Shown: piece by piece, positions 11,651-24,680 of the stretch | Layout: each line of letters starts with the position of its first letter | Position numbering within the stretch: the first letter of the stretch is position 1 | Assembly: GCF_963921235.1 (NCBI RefSeq) | Contig: NC_086097.1 | Coordinates: 205,098,001 to 205,162,000 of the forward strand | DNA: 64,000 nucleotides | Direction: 5' to 3' | DNA from: Mobula hypostoma | Lineage: Eukaryota | Notes under the pieces: model-generated | Seen by the model: only the letters and a program-made list of their open reading frames with translations | What the model was told of the DNA's origin: nothing | The model's database searches: none | Made by a program: the position numbers and the translations under genes

Positions 11651-12844
11651 TGGTGCTCAGCTGCTCCCAGGTCAGTAAGTCCACGACATGAGCATAGTTT
11701 CTCTAAATTCTGAGGTGAGCTGAGTGACAGATGCCAGTCCATCTGCTTCTCTACACCACTACAGGACTACTTGTTGTCCTGTAGCAGAACCCAGACATGT
11801 TGAGAATCCCCTGTGAACCTATCTCTCTGATCCAATGCCAGTCAGATCTGGCATAGAATTGGAGAGTCCAATAATTTGAATTGGGATTCTGAACTCAAGA
11901 ACGGAGGGAAAAGATTTAAGTTTATTTTTAGTTTTAGTTTGATATCTTTATTGGTTATGTTTGATCTCCAAATTTAGAGCCAGGTTATGGCGCCTGGTGC
12001 GATTGTGTGAACGTTGGCCAGGTGTCCTGGCAGGGATTGGAGAGGGCAGAATGATATTACTCCCTACAGTTTAATTAAGTAAATGTAATTCCCTTGGAAC
12101 TGTGATGTTATTTGAACTCATGCCTTTGGATCATCACTCCAAGCCTTTGATTTACTGGTCTGATCACATAACCAATACATTACTGTGGCCAATATCTGTG
12201 TTGTGGGAATAACCTTGGCTCTCAGACAGATGTCATACACTATTCAGAAGAGTCATAGAGACAAACAGCACGGAGATTGTTGACAACATCTCATTGGAAG
12301 GTGGGATAAAGGAGCTCTGGTTAAAAAATAAAAAGAGGGCAGAGATTTAGGGTGAGCAGAAGGAATCTTAGGGAGAATTGAGGGAAAACTTGTTTTTGGA
12401 AAGGGAATGATTGATAATATCTGGGAACACATTCCAGAGGTGGTGGTGGAGTCAGACATCATCATAACATTTAAGAGACAGTTAGAATGGCACTTAAATT
12501 GGTTGAGGACAAGAGGATATAGGCCAAGTGTAAGCAAAAGAGATTAGTGTATGTGGACAAAAATGTAAGCGTAGATGAGGAGGGCTGAGGAACTCAGTTC
12601 TGTGCTGCACTTCTCTATGACTCTGTCTCCCCAATTCTGCTTTAGTTAACAAAAGGATATGTTTTGGAGGAGGGCAGCTAAGGGAGAGCAAAAACATCGG
12701 TGGAAAGAGAACCAGACATAATGTTTCAAGTTGAAGGTCATTCATTAGTCCTGAGGTTTTACTGTTTTTATTTCAGATGTCCAACATCTGGAATATTTCT
12801 TATTTTTAATCGTACAAATCGTTCAGGTAGGAATCTTTCATCTC

Positions 12845-13310
12845 TCACAAAGATTCCAGGAATGAAGCGGTTAACATGTGAGGAGCGTTTGAAAGCTTTA
12901 GGCCTGTACTCACTGGAATTTGGAAGATTGTGGGAGGATCTCATTAAAATCTACTGAATGTTGAAAGGATTAGATAGGATGGATGTGGAGAGGATGTTTC
13001 CTATGGTAGGGGTAGCCAGACTAGAGGGCAAAATTGAGGGTGACCTTTTAGAACAGAGGTAAGAAGGAATTTTTTTTGGTCAGAAAGTAGTGAATCTGTG
13101 GAATGCTGTGCCACAGACTGCGGTGCAGGCTAAGTCCATGGGTATATTTAAGGTGGAAGTTGATAGTTTCCTGATCGGTCAGGGCATCAAAGGATATCGG
13201 AAGAAGGCAGGTATTTGTGATTGAGTGGGATCTGGGATCAGCCATGATGGAATGGTGGAGCAGACATAATGGGCTGAATGGCCTAATTCTGCTCCTATGT
13301 CTTATGGTCT
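12845..13310 (+). mobile_element. CR1 3' end
   Basis: TKIPGMKRLTCEERLKALGLYSLEF; tail 'ctcctatgtcttatggtct'. Confidence 0.9.
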
Positions 13311-14204
13311 AAAGTGGATCGAACCTGCAGATCTTTAATTAACTATCTATAAGGAGATTTTGTTTCTCTGGAGGTTCCTTTGTTCCTCTTATTCAAAGAA
13401 GATAACCCAGTGGTGGACATCCAGTGACAATGCATTACCAATGATATTTCTAAATCAGGACTGCATGTGACTTGGAAAGGAACCTTTAGTCATGGTTTAC
13501 TCATGTGCTGCTGTTCTTCTTGGTGTAAGACTTCACTCATTTGGGATGTCCTATCAGAGTGGCCTAGGCAAGAAATAGTGCATACTGTGTCAGTGGTGAA
13601 GGAAGTACATATTTAGGGTAACAGTCAAGTAAGTTGTTCTGATCTGGATGGTGTTTAGCTTTGAGTTGCACTAATCCAGGCAAGTTGAGAATATTCCATC
13701 GGGCTTCTACCTTGTACCTTGTTGAGAGTGGAAGGACTGTGAGTTATTTAGAATCTATCTATCCTTGACCTGTTCCTGTAACCACAGTATGTAAGTGCCT
13801 TGTTCAGCTGAGTTTCTGGTTAATAATTTCTATGTTATATTTAACTGTTTTGGATCCTAAAGCTGAACTTGTTTTCAAGAAATGAAGAAGAACTGCTGGT
13901 ACTATAACTGATAACCTACTCTCTGAAATATTTCAAATGCATGATAGGAAAAATTCCAAATGAACTAATCCACCCTTGGGAACTGATAGCGTTGGAGCTT
14001 CATCGACGTTAATGCAACTTGTGACAGTTTGGGTGCATGTGGAGTAATTGTTGCACCTTTCCAATTACTTAAGCTGAAAAATACAGGGCGAAGGGGTACA
14101 TAACTTGCCAGGGGCACTGGAACTGAAAATATTTCCAATGATTTCACTAGTAGCAATTAGTAACCTATCTGAACATATTTCAGTAATGCTATTTTAATCT
14201 AGTT

Positions 14205-14470
14205 ACTTATTGAGATACAGCACAGAATAAGGCCCTTCCACCCCTTCGAGTCGTGCTGCCCAACAACCTCTGATTTAACCCCAGCTTAATTACAGGACAA
14301 TTTACAATGACCAATTAACCTACCAACTGGTTCACCTTTGGACTGTAGGAGGAAACTCACATGGCCTCGGGAAGAATGTACAAACCCCTTACAGACAGCA
14401 GTGGGAATCAAAACCCAAGTCACTGGTACTGTAAAGCATTGTGCTAACCATTAGGCTACAGTACTGTCCC
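14205..14470 (-). mobile_element. tRNA-derived V-SINE (HE1-like) with a CR1-type 3' tail
   Basis: Minus strand shows A box tagcctaatgg and degenerate B box ggttttgattcc. V-domain-like centre (tttggactgtaggaggaaac...gaatgtacaaac on plus). Tail resembles the local CR1 tails. Confidence 0.8.
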
Positions 14471-14579
14471 AAACAGCCAATAAGCTGCTAGCCCTGTGTA
14501 AATGTCAAAGTTTATTAATTGAGTTATTTGTAATAAACTTATTTCTGAGGAGTGTGTTTCAGAAACTGCTGAAGTCTGT

Positions 14580-15817
14580 GATTTAGAGTTTGGCATTCAA
14601 TCGAGTGATCTAGTGCTCTGCTGTCCCCAAGAAAATTTCAGTTCAGGACCACGAGCATGAGTTGTCCTGAACAGGAGATCAGCGGGGCCATGATGGACTC
14701 CATTTCTTGCCAAAGGAAGATTCGAGGAAGATTGAAACATCGAGGCAAATGCAAAGAGGCTGGCTCAGCAGTCTCTCCTCATAGGTCAGGCCAGGGGTCA
14801 AGAGGCCGCCTTGGGCCAGAGGTCACTGCCCACAGGAGGCTGCATCTGGCCAAAGGTCGGAAGTCCATGGAGAGCCAGAGGTCATCTCTAAAGGAGGCTG
14901 TGTTGGACTGGATGAAGGCCCCATGGAAGGACTGAGTTTGAACTGTTGCTCACCTTGATGGTGATGGAAATGTTTTTGAAATTCCAAGACATTGAGACTA
15001 TCGGTGTGGACTGTAGTTTATATCGGTCTCCTTCAGTTTTTCTGCGTTTTCTTTCTTGTTGCTGGTTGGCAGGTGGGCAGTATGTATTTCTTTTGGGTGG
15101 GGGGGCATTGGGTGTTTGATGTTATTGTCGCTTTTTTTAGGTGAAGGAGAGGCGGGGTGTTTTGGGTTAGGTGTTTTAGCTGCTGTGTCTGGGTGGGCGA
15201 TCTGTCAGTTTTTGTGTGAGCAGGAGTTTGGGGGGGTTAGGGGTTTGATGTTTTAGCTGCCATGTTTAGTGGGGGCGATCTGTCAGTTTTTGTGTGAGGG
15301 GGAATTTGGGGGGGGTTAGGGGTTTGATGTTTCAGCTGCCATTTTTGGGGGGGGAGGCGATCTGTCAGTTTTTGTGCAAGGAGGAATTTGGGGGGGGGGT
15401 TAGGGGTTTTATGTTTCAGCTGCCATGTTTGGGAGGGGCGATCTGTCAGTTTTTGTGCAGGGGGGAATTTGGGGGGGTGGTTAGGGGTTTGATGTTTCAG
15501 CTGCTGTGTCTGGGTGGGCGATCTGTCAGTTTTTGTGTGAGGGGGAGTTTGGGGGGGGTTAGGGGTTTGATGTTTCAGCTGCTGTATCTGGGTGGGTGAT
15601 TTTTCAGTTTTTGTGCAAGGGGGAATTTGTGGTGTTTGGAGTTTGCGAGTTTTGTTTCTTTTTCTCTTTCATGCGGGAGGGGGTTTGATGTCTTTTTTTT
15701 CAACAACACCATGGTTTTTTTGTATTTTATGGCTCTCTGGCGAAGACAAATTGCAGGGTTGTATTCTGCTTACAGATTTTGATAATAAAATGAACCTCTG
15801 ATCCTTTGAACCTTTGT
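14580..15817 (+). mobile_element. Non-autonomous retroelement (Rex1-like 3' end) containing a G-rich minisatellite; 5' edge uncertain
   Basis: Ends gataataaaatgaacctctgatcctttgaacctttg (aataaa plus a short-repeat tail), like other local non-autonomous copies. Confidence 0.55.
15150..15640 (+). repeat. G-rich tandem repeat, about 80-bp unit, about 6 copies
   Basis: gcgatctgtcagtttttgtg recurs at 15197, 15275, 15357, 15438 and 15518, with a variant at 15596. Confidence 0.95.
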
Positions 15818-16599
15818 GTAAGCAGATCCTACTCTTCTGATACTGAGTCGCATTGTTAACTACGCTGTTTATTTATAACAATTAACCATATAACAATTAC
15901 AGCACGGAAACTAGCCAACTCGGCCCTTTTTATGTTGCTGTGGTGACTCTTAAACCATTCTTTTTCTTCACGTTTATTTTGAATAGGAGTTAAAGACCCA
16001 CTTTGACTGTGTAACTCTGAGATGTTAGAATGACTCCTTTGGAATATGATTCACAGCACAGCTCCAACAGACAAACTATCTTCTGTGCTCTCTGCTTGTG
16101 TTTCTACTTGTTAAGGTCTACTTTTATCTCAACCCCAGCAGACAATGACAGAACCCCAGAAGAAAAAAATCTCCTTTCCAGTTAATCATGATTTTGTTCT
16201 TTAAAGTCTACAGAGTTTCAAAAAAAGATAAAATAAAAGTTTTAATATTTCTCTTAAGGTACTACACAAATGCCTTACATACAATGTCAAGTCTCAATTG
16301 TTTTCATATTTAGTATGTCAGATTTTCTTATTTACCTTAAAATTATAATGTAGTTTTCAGAAGCAATAAATAAATAAATAGAGTGTTGACATCATTTGTA
16401 AGGACCCTCAGTATAAAAGTACAGGGAGGGAGAGTAAGTATTCAGCTCTTCATCTGAGTGCAGCCATCTTTTTCTCCTCAGACTTTATCTGTTGCTTAAT
16501 TAATAGTAAACCAGAAATATAGCAAGACAAGACAAGTAATCACACAAATCAACATACCATATGCACCCCAATCTTTCTTCTATACCTGGGCCTGAGAGT

Positions 16600-17001
16600 G
16601 ATAAACAAATCGATGCGTAGCCGATTTAAGCACCAAACCAGATTAAAAAGACTAGGATGCTGAGGCCCAGGGCAAAGAATGAACCAGTGTTCATCTCACT
16701 GCTCCATGAGGCTTTACTCCCTTCAGTGCTGAACTGACTCTGCAGCTGTGGCCTGCAGCCATTGGCGCCCGCCTTTGTACTGAACGGGCTGTGGACTCGC
16801 TTTTGGGGACTCTGTAGTTCATGTTCTGAGTATTATTTGTTTACTTTTTTACCGTTTGCACTGTTTGTTCTTTTTTCGCGCATTGAATGTTTCACGGTTT
16901 TCGCAGTGTAGGATTTTACATGGGTTCTATTGTGCTTCTTTGTTTTGTGTCCACCTGTAAGATGTATTGTCTATAAATGTACTTCGAACTTTGAACTTTG
17001 A
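16600..17001 (+). mobile_element. Non-autonomous Rex1-like element 3' part
   Basis: Ends (actttga)n; body resembles the reverse complement of 37635-37900. Confidence 0.6.
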
Positions 17002-19477
17002 GCCACCTTAGATTTAACCTCCCTTAACAACTGATCACTTCTGGACTCAAGTAGACTGTTAAGATAAGAACAAGTTCAGCCGATTTATTGAAGTAACAAA
17101 TAAAAATCTACACACCCACTTAAAATCAGAATGTGCCTTCGTAGGATATTTTCATTTTGGAGTAATAGATGTTGGTGAGACTTGATAATCATTACCATTT
17201 GGAACAAGTTCTGCTGCAGTCTCATGAATGAAAGAAAATGTTGCATTTTCTCTGTCTCCTCTCTCTGTGAGTTATTGCCTTTCGGTTCTGCTGCCTGGCA
17301 GTAACTGGACCAATTGCTGTGATTTACCGATGTTTGTCGTTGGAAGGCAGCTGGTTAGCAGAATGTATGATCATTCATGAGCAAGCCACCTACTGACTGC
17401 ATGGTCACTGGTATAACTGGTCTCTTGTGCAGTCGGCAATAAGTAACCACCATTCAGCAATCTAACCATGTCCTGATTTGTTTGTCACAACTTGAAGTCT
17501 GAACGGCAAGAGGCCTCTGGCTGAGTGAAACATTGTCTGAATGTAAGTGTGTGTGAGTGATACCCTGGCCATTTCCGGACACTCTGACTCTCAGCACTAA
17601 AGTGGGGAAATGGGTGAGGGAATGAAGTGAATTTGTTTAACATTTTCCACTTAATTGTTAGCCCAAAGTATTAGTCAACAAGATAAGAGGTATTTTGATG
17701 AAGCAGTTAAATAAAGGCTGTGAAATTTTGTATAAAATTTTGCATATGTATTTTACATTATTTAAGCCCTCACTTTCTCCCCAATGATTAACATGGAAAT
17801 CCCAATAACCTTTTTGAATTGTGCCCTTTTATGCAATGTTCGTGTCAATATGAGACCATTGCCCACTCAGGAAAAGGATAAGGCCAATGCATCTTACCAA
17901 AGATTTCTGGATCCTTCACCTGTGAAATGAATACATGATACATGGAAGCCTGTCACATGACCTCACTTGTAGCTGATGAATGATGAGTGGCACAGTGAAC
18001 AACACAGGGGTCACCCTACACGAAAATAAAGATCATCTAAGGACATAAAGAAGTGTATTGCAGCCCAAACTTGCAAGAAACTGGCAGGCTGACATTAAAT
18101 CACATATATGAATTCATAGAGACTGGAAAGATTTCTGATTTAAATCCATGATTTATGGCGAATTAGCTGACGCTTGTTATGGCAGAAGGAATCCATCAAA
18201 CCTAAAGTAATTCCGAGCATTCTCTACTATACTGTTCTAAATTCAAGTATGGCAGATACTATCAGTATTAAGAGAGTTTTAGAAGATAGCTCAACCTGTA
18301 TTAGATTATTGCTTTCCTTTTGTGAGTTAATGTAATTTTTTTCTATTGAATTTCATAATACATTGTTGTTAAATGAAACAACTTTTGAATACTTGGATGA
18401 AATAAACATAGAATTCACAAATTGCATGTATGCATGCATTGAATAGTAAAATACTTTTCAATAGCTAGAAGTCAATGGTGTTTACTTTGAAGTTTGGTGA
18501 CGATACAAAACGGGTATTACTGTACCTTCTTAACATTAGTTGAGGAAAAAGTGATTTGGGGTGGAACACAAGGGGTAGCCTGTTCAAATACTCCCATTTC
18601 ACACAACTACATAAAGATAACTAACCGCAGACCCCTGGCTCCCCACCACCAACCCCACTCACGCCTTTTTGGGTAGTAAATTGCCCTTTTAGTTACAATT
18701 TATACATTATCAGTATTTAGCTTGCAAACCCTACATTTTGAACTTTTCGGCAATAGCAGTAAGAAAATTCTTAAAACCCCATTAAAGAGTGAAATGAACA
18801 CTTTATCTCTCTTTTTGTTATTCAGGCTGTAGATAAAAATAATCACGTATCTCACATTTAAGTGAAATGTCCAGAAGCCCTCATCCAAAGGCAGGTGTTA
18901 AATTTTATCTGTAATCTCCAGTCAGTATTTCAACAGATATTTAAATCTTTCTTCATTGCTCATTAGCATGTGCTTTTGAGAGATACAGTTTGCTCATTGA
19001 TGCCAACAGTGGTCTGTCGCTTAACTTAGCATAGACCAGCAAGCGAAATCAAGCGAAATCATAAAGCAGAAATCATTCATCTTAGATTGGCTTTGGTTTC
19101 TGTTGACTTTCTGAAAGACGCACATTTCTAGGTAAATGTATATTAGCATGTTTCACTCTTTATGATCAATGATATCTCTCCCTGGTCTTCTTTTTTTGCA
19201 CTGAGCCCTCTGCATATATTAGTGTCTCATAAATCCTTCTTTTCTCTTTCCAGTTCTTCATTAGAGGCAATAGAATTGTCATAATTATTCATGAGCATGT
19301 CAGGATTGCTGAGGGAAAAGTCTGACGTTTTAGATTTGGTGCTTTGTTTTTTTTTAAACTGGGATTTCATACAATTTGAATGTTTATGTTAATAAGATTA
19401 CAGACCCTTTAAACAAAAATAGCCGAACTTAAACTGAGCCAATTGTGTTTGCATCTATTTCTCATAATTTCTCATAG

Positions 19478-19580
19478 GTTCAAGTTCTGCGCAATGCTGG
19501 AGAGGAAGTAACTCTTACAGTATCATTTCTTAAAAGAGCACCTGCCTTCCTGAAACTCCCACTGTATGAAGACTGCACAT
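19478..19580 (+). CDS. SNTG1: Gamma-1-syntrophin internal coding exon (end of PDZ domain), 103 nt, phase 0/1
   Basis: tttctcatag|GTT...ACAT|gtaagt. Translates VQVLRNAGEEVTLTVSFLKRAPAFLKLPLYEDCT, near-identical to vertebrate SNTG1 as I recall it. Confidence 0.97.
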
Positions 19581-20139
19581 GTAAGTATGATTAATCTATT
19601 TTTAGGAAATGAATGATATTGGATAAGCACTCTTTCCTTCTCACATATTATTTCTCAATCATTTCCCTGCACAGATCTTCTAAGTGTTTGGACATTCAGT
19701 TTGTGTAGCAGGTCACTTGAGTTAATTAGTATGTGATAACAAAAAAGCTGTTCCAAACTTGAACATAGGGCAAGATTAGTTTGATTTAATAAGAACTGGC
19801 CTTTTGAAAAAGTCATGCACATATTGTATTAAGAGACAAGTACTGTAATTCCAAGCTTGAATTAAGCCGAGTTAAGGAGTAAAAATGCATGTAGTCAATG
19901 AAAAAGACAGATTAGATTAAATTGTCTAGAAAGTTATCTGCATTGATTTTCCATCATTCAAGTAATCTTAAAAGCTTGACCTTGCTCAACAATGCTGCTT
20001 TTGATCAAATGCTGACTTTAATTTCATGATTTTGAAACTTCTTCCAAAGCTGTAAATTTTTTGAGCTTGAAAAGCTCTAAAATTTGAAAAGATAGTACTT
20101 GTGGTTTTCAGTGTCACAAACTTCACGCGAATAAAAGGA

Positions 20140-20985
20140 GTTCTATTTAACGGTATGCATGCGTACTGCCAAATGAAACAACATTCCTCTGGGCAAAGGT
20201 GCGCAACACAATACACAGTACATACACATATAACACATAAAGTAATATTGCCACAAATAAATTAACAAACAATTAGGTGCATTTATGACACAAGTTAAAA
20301 AGTAAACCGTATAACACTACCAGCACTTCATACATGATGAGACCTGGGTGGTGGCAGTACCTTCAGTAGTCTTACAGCTTTGGAGGAAGGAGCTGTTTCC
20401 CAACCTAACAGTTCTTGGTTTAACGTTATTCAACCTCCTGCCTGATGGTTGGGAGTCAAAGAGATGGTTAGACAGATGGGAGGGATCACTGACAATGCTA
20501 AAGGCCCTGTGTACACTACACTCTGGATAAACATCTCTGATGAGCGGAAGAGAAAACCAATGATCCTCTCAGTAATCTTTACAATGCTTTGTAGACACTT
20601 GCTGTCAGATGCCTTGCAATTCCCTTTCCAAATTGTGATCCAGCTGGTCAAGATGTTGCTCCTGTAAAAATTGCTTTGAAATAGAGTGAGGAGCCCAATC
20701 ACCTCAATCTGAAATGCTGCTGTGCTTTCTTGACCAAAGACGTAGTGGCAAGGGATCAGGTGAGCTCATCCATTATGTGAACCCCTAAAAACTCGGTGCT
20801 CTTCACTCTCTCTGTGGTGGAGCCGTTCATGTGCCTGCACCTTCTTAAAGTCCACAATCATCCCATTGGTCTTGTCCACGTTGAGACTCAAATTGTTGTG
20901 CTCGCACCATTCTACCAGCCACTCTACTTCCTCTCTGTACATAGTCTCGTCATTTTTGTTGATAAGGTCAGCCACTGTTCCCCGC
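20140..20985 (-). mobile_element. Rex1/Babar-like LINE RT and 3' fragment
   Basis: ORFs 20766..21011 (NDETMYREEVEWLVEWCEHNNLSLNVDKT..MIVDF) and 20430..20702 (FYRSNILTSWITIW). Confidence 0.85.
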
Positions 20986-21301
20986 CAGCACACGTTGTGT
21001 GCATCAAACACAGAATAAAAAACGTTTATCCTATCAGGAAGAGAAGCGTCACTTTCGTTGATTCCAGGGCAAACTTTTATTTTGTTATGTTATGAATGCC
21101 CTATCCCATGCACCTTGTGTCTCTGGAGTCACAGAAATGGCTGTATTTTCTCTGTGAATGATCCTGCTTTGTCTTCCTGATGGCATGGGAAAGTGCAGCT
21201 CCCGCTGACCTGAGAGCTACCTTATCACCTGAACTGAAGGTGTCATCCCCATCTCTTAGCTGTGCCCAGGCTTGCGCTGTAGGTTATGGCTTCTGATTTG
21301 G

Positions 21302-24300
21302 CATCATATCATCATCATCATCAGGTGCCATCCCCAGTTTGAGCTTTGACTGCCATGGCCCACACACTTCTGTTTCGGATCAAGTGGATCAATTCATTGG
21401 TATTCATTTCCAGTTCTCTGGCTGCTGTCTCCATCATCATTTGTCTTTGTCTTCCTCTTGCTTTCTTCCCTTCAATCTTTCCTATAATTACCGGGCATTC
21501 TAACTCCTTTTTCCTAATCACATGTCCAATGAAGTTATGTTGCCTTTTCATGATCTCATACATTATTTCTCTTTTTGTGTTTGCTCTGTTCATGACATCC
21601 TTGTTAGATATTCGTTTTGACCATGATAATCTTTGCATCCTCCTCAAAAACCACATCTCTGCTGCTTCAATTTGTTTCCTCATGTTACTAGATACTGTCC
21701 AACATTCTAAGCCATATAACATAACTGGATAAACGTAACATTTCAGTACTCTGAGGCAGGTTGTCATTCCTAGTTTAGTATTAGTCAGTATTCTCTTCAT
21801 TCTCGTAAAAGCGTCTTTTGCCATCCGTATTCTTCTTTTGATGTCCATGTCGCACCTGCCATCCGATGTCACCCAGCTTGCTAAATAGCAAAAGTTCTGT
21901 ACTTGTTTTATGTTTTCCCCATTTATTCTCAGCCTGCAGATAGGATTCTCCTTCTTTTTGGATATCACCATACATTCTGTCTTTTTGCATTTGATAGATA
22001 GACCCATTTTTGCACTTTCTTCAACAACTATATCAATTAAGTTTTGTAGTTCTTCCTCCGCACTTGCAATTAACACAGTGTCATCTGCATATCTGAAATT
22101 ATTGATGTTTTCACTGCCAACTTTGATTCCCAAGGTGTCTTTTATTTTTTGTAATATTGTTTCACTGTACACATTAAATAAATCAGGGGAGAAAACACAC
22201 CCTTGTCTAATGCCTCTCTTGATTTTCCTAAACTGACTCACTTCTCCATCTATTCTTACAGTAGCAGTTTGTTCCCAGTAGAGATTTCTGATTAGGCAGA
22301 GGTCTTCCTAATCTAGATCTAGAGTTTTCTGTAATATTTCAAATAACTTATTGTGCTTCACTTTATCAAATGCTTTTGGGCAGTCGATAAAACAAACAAA
22401 TTTTTTTGCACTTGAATAGCTCATTCCGATAGTATCCTTAACATCAATATTGCATTTCTTGTACCTTTGTCTTTCACAAAACCACATTGTTCTTTACCTA
22501 TTTCAGCTTGTTTCTTACTTTTAGCTCTTGTTATCAAAATTCTTAGAAATATCTTGGTGATATGACTCATTAAACTTATGGTCCTATGTAATTCACATTC
22601 TATTGCTCCAGGTTTCTTAGGAAGAGTGATAAGCAATGATTTTTTCATCTCTTCTGGTATTATTCCAGTCTCATCAATGTCATTGATTAAATCAGTAAGT
22701 TTTTAAATTCCATAATCTCCAAGGGCAATAATTTGTTCTATTACTAATTTATCAGGACCTGCTACCTTTCCTTTCTTTGTCTTATTTATTCCATTATGAA
22801 CTTCAGATTTTAAAATACTTGGACCTTCAATGTTTTCCTTAATTTCTTGTTTTTTGCCTCAATCATCTTCAAACGATTCCTGAATATACTCAGTCCACCT
22901 GTTCATAATCTCATCTTTTTCCATGATGATGGTACCATCCGTTGCTTTCAAACATCCACCTGAAGAACAGAGGAGCTTTTTACCAATGATATTCATCATT
23001 TGTTGATGTAATGTTTTTGGATCAGTAATAGGGATTCTTTCTATTTGCTCACGTTCCTGGTTTAACCATTCTTCTTTGGCTTTTTGACACAAGCTTTTAA
23101 CTTTTTAATCTAAGGGTTTATATTCTATAGGATTTGCTTTCTTCCGTCTCCTTCCTTCCATTAGATTTTTGATTTCATTTGTCATCCATTTATTGTTTGT
23201 GCTTTTTTCTTTTTTAGGAATCACTGACTTTGCTGATTCTACCAAGGCATCCTTTAGAGAGTTAAATTTCATTTCTACATGATTGCTATCATCTTCAACG
23301 GATTCTATTTGTAGACTTTGAAATCTATTCCTTAATTCAATTGTAAATTTTTCTCTTAAGTTTTCTTCTTTAATTAATTGCAAGTAGTCAAGGGATTGTT
23401 CAGGTTTTTGCTTCTTTAGTTTTTAAAGTTTTACTTTTACATAACATGCTACTGGGTTATGGTCACTATTACAGTCTGCACCTGGATATGTTTTGCATTG
23501 AGTCACTGAGTTTCTAAATCTTTGGTTTATAGTAATAAAGTTAATTTGATTTCTAGTGTTATCACCTGGACTTTTCCAGGTCCACAAGCGTCTTGGATGG
23601 TTTTTAAAGTAGGTGTTCATAATGACCTGATTATTCATCTTGCACCTTTCTACCCATTTCTCACCTCTTTCATTTCTTTCCCCAGTCGAAATTTTCCTAT
23701 GATATTTCCATCAGCACCTTGTCCTACTTTAGCATTTAGATCTCCTATGACAATAACAATATCTTGAGATTTGCATCCATTCTTTGCTTGTTCAAGCTCT
23801 TCATAGAATTTATCTATATCCTCATTTGTTTCATCTGTTGTTAGTGCATATACCTGCATAATTGCTAAATCAAATGGTTGTCCTCTGAATCTAACAAGGA
23901 GCACTCTTCCTTATGTTCTAAAACACTTTATGCCATGTTTTGATCCATAAGATTTCCTACTCCATTAGTATGGGATGTTCCACAAGAATAAATTAGTGTT
24001 TTATTTCTATTCTGACATGTTCCAGCACCTATCCAATAAACTTCGCTAATTCCCATGATGTTAATCTTTAGTCTTTCCATTTCATTTATCACTTTGTTCA
24101 ATCTTCCTGCTTGATATAGGGTTCTTACATTCCAAGTGGCAATAATTTTCTTTTGTGTTACTTGAATTTTATGAGCAGTAGCTTGTTGACGGTCGGAGAT
24201 CCCCTGCTTACCAGAATCAACCCTACTGAGCGAAGCATCTTCAGAATTGTCTTGAAGATCCTCTTGACGCTGTTGTTGTGCGATACATTTTGTGAGTTTG

Positions 24301-24680
24301 ACCATGGTTTTCTTAGCAAATAGCTTCTAGGAAACCTAGTGTCTAACAATGGTGGTTTGCTATTGCCTACCATTGGGCAAACTACAGAAATCGCCATTTC
24401 TCTTCCCAAATGTTCATCCGCCTATACTATAGCCATTGATGTTTGAGGTCCTAGATCACCCACCTTCTCCGTCATAAGTTCAGTTACTGAACCTGCCGGA
24501 TCTGCCGTTGGCCTTCGCTCGTATCCTGAGCAGGAACCCTTGCAGGTGCTACCATTCCGGGTCAGAGCGTCCCTGGGAGACATGAATGACTAAGGGGTAG
24601 CTCTACTTTCCCCAAAGCTCTGAAAATCCCCAATCAGAGCCTCATACTGGTTGCAGTTTAGAGTCATACCCAGTCATGCC
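21302..24680 (-). mobile_element. RTE-clade LINE, near full length (about 3.4 kb), frameshifted
   Basis: APE (IATWNVRTL, IGDLNAKVG, SDHNPV) and RT (GIRQGCVFSPDLFN, RYADD) are colinear across ORFs 21321..24305. The (tga)n tail begins at the stop codon. Confidence 0.95.

Noticed and set aside
14400..14470. tRNA gene
   Set aside because: The A and B boxes are degenerate and continue into a SINE body and LINE-like tail.
15150..15640. CRISPR-like array, telomeric array, or the repetitive 101-aa ORF 15294..15599
   Set aside because: There are no unique spacers, TTAGGG occurs singly per unit, the context is eukaryotic, and the ORF is a by-product of the tandem repeat.
1..19477. The preceding SNTG1 exon (INGINVRKCRHEEV-like)
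   Set aside because: No matching segment with splice sites was found by eye; it probably lies upstream of the window.
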